Shown here in pieces: positions 62,021-64,000 of a stretch of DNA of 64,000 nucleotides (position 1 is its first letter; each line of letters begins with the position of its first letter). The notes under the pieces were generated by a model. The model had not been told where the DNA came from. It searched no databases and worked only from the letters and a program-made list of their open reading frames with translations. The stretch lies in NCBI GenBank assembly GCA_964016885.1, contig OZ024748.1, positions 43,276,001 through 43,340,000 on the forward strand, read 5' to 3'. A program made the translations under genes and the position numbers. This DNA comes from Eledone cirrhosa. Its lineage: Eukaryota.

Positions 62021-64000
62021 TATTTCTACTTTTGGCACAAGGCCAACAATTACCCCAGTGCATTACTGGTACTTTATTTCATTGACCCCCGTAAGGATGA
62101 AAGGCTAAGCCAACCTCGGTGGAATTTGAACCTAGAACGTGAAGGACCATAACTCTATGCTGCCAAACATGGTGTCTGATGCTCTACCGATTCTGCCAAA
62201 CTACTACCCTGGTAAATATATATTAGTTAAAACCAGAGTCAGGTAAATAATATATTATATTAATTATAACCTGAGATAAGTAAATATACATTACATTAAT
62301 AATGTTTAATAGGACCCTTCAGTTGTGTTAAGGACCTGACAGCCTCCCTCGTGTTGGTGATCAACATAACCTCCCTCATGTTGGTGAACTACATGATAAC
62401 CTCCCTCGTGTTGGCGATCAACATGATAACCTCCTGCATGTTGGCGAACTACACAATAAAGACACCCAGTAACTGACAAATGATACTTCTGGTATCTGTA
62501 AACAATAAAATGGGATTGTCACAACAATGTTTGTAACATTTCTTTCATTTAATGTCTATACATGTTCCCCACTAATATGAATTCATTTTTAATCATTGTA
62601 AACAAGAGATAATAGGCAGTGAATTGGCAGAATTGTTAGAACGTAGGATAGAATACTTTGTGGTATTGTTAGAACGTAGGATAGAATACTTTGTGGTATT
62701 GTTAGAATGTAGGATAGAATACTTTGTGGCATTAGTTCCAACTCTCTGCTCTCTGAGTTTGAATCCTGTCGAGGTCAACTTTGCTTTTCCTCCTTTCAAG
62801 ATCAATAAAAAAAAAGTACTAGTCAAATATTGGGGTTTATTCTTCCTCTACATATCTTTCTCACTTCCTCTCTATCTTTTGAGATTGATAAAAAAAAGTA
62901 GCAGTCAAATACTGGGGTCAATTCTTCCTCTATATCTCTTTCTCACCCTCTCTATCCTTCTCTGGAAGAAATCTGCTGTATTCAGACACAGAGAGAAGAT
63001 GAGTTCCACCAGGTTTTAAAATGCCTTAGAAATGTTGTATACCACTAGAGCACCCCTACAACTCCATCGAAGTTATGGGACCATAGAAACAAACAAGAAA
63101 TGAAACGGTAACACCAGTGTTCGTCTTGAGTTCAAGTTACATATAGTATGGCTAACTGAATATTCATGGGACCTTGAGCTCTTGTTTAAAAAGGCATGGA
63201 TTGGCAGTATCAGTAGAGGGTTGGATGCCATGTTTTGCCATTCTGAGTTCAAAGTACCAGTAATGCACTGAGATAATTACTGGCCTTGTACCAAATGTAG
63301 AAACAATTATTTTGGATAATTGATGTTTGACACGAATACTGTACTGAAGATAGCAAGTTTGGCTTTTACGCCACCTCCTGAATGCTGAAGCTGGCATACT
63401 ACTGCACCAGCTCCTGCAATGGAAGCAAGAAAGTTAAAACAATATTTGCAGACTATTCATCATAAGGATGGTACCTACTTTATCAATCTCTTCTTCGTCG
63501 AACCACAAATTTATGGGACATAAATAAATTATAAATCTAAGTAAGGAAAAATTACAAAAAATTATTTTTAATGTCATTGGGAATGTTTTTAAAAAAATGC
63601 AACTGGATTCAGTAGTGTGGACACTATAAAATTGTTGAACAGTTCAGCTGACTTGTGACATGTAGTTGATAGCTCTTGTTATGTAGGTGACCAAATTATT
63701 GAGAGTGGGTGGAGGTAGCCAGACAAAGAACTGTTACTTCTATAGACAACAGGTTTCTCTCTATAGAGAAGTACACTGTATGACTCATGTGTAAGAAATA
63801 TGAAACATATATAGAGAGAAACAAATACAAAAAAAAAAAAATGGGCTAAGGGGAAGTAACTCAAATAGGCCTATGACAAGATCAAACAAATTAAAAACAA
63901 GAAAAGTATTTTAGAAAAACATTTACTTTTTACACCAAATATTAGTTGTATGTCTCTCACTCTATCTATATCTATATATTAATTTCAACAACGTCAGTAT

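Noticed and set aside
62440-62510. Possible upstream E-Syt exon after a good minus-strand acceptor (ttttattgtttacag)
   Set aside because: No frame resembles the expected SMP sequence and it runs into SINE-derived repeats; the upstream exon is probably beyond 64000

Overview
AT-rich eukaryotic genomic DNA, probably a coleoid cephalopod such as Octopus (inferred from the SINE/RTE/satellite repertoire, not proven). The window lies inside one minus-strand gene, an extended synaptotagmin (E-Syt2/3 type: SMP-C2A-C2B-linker-C2C). I traced 16 GT-AG exons in continuous reading frame (1715 nt, 53006 down to 3176); the N- and C-terminal exons lie outside the window. The introns hold large satellites (13, 15, 20-23, 28, 37, 38, 48, 50/73, 51, 61, 72 bp units), RTE LINE fragments, tRNA-derived SINEs, a DD37D (maT) mariner relic, and piggyBac-, hAT- and pogo-like MITEs. 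Almost all long ORFs in the track are repeat artefacts. Main finding: about a dozen short elements, mostly in or beside (TA)n tracts, many with a (TA)n-tail-[inverted arm|arm]-(TA)n layout, carry type I hammerhead ribozyme motifs from several families, as expected for Penelope-like pLTR remnants or retrozyme-like elements. One family has a U3-A8 core variant (UUGAAAA), another a ~60-nt extended stem II. Several satellites are derived from MITE termini or SINE bodies also present in the window.
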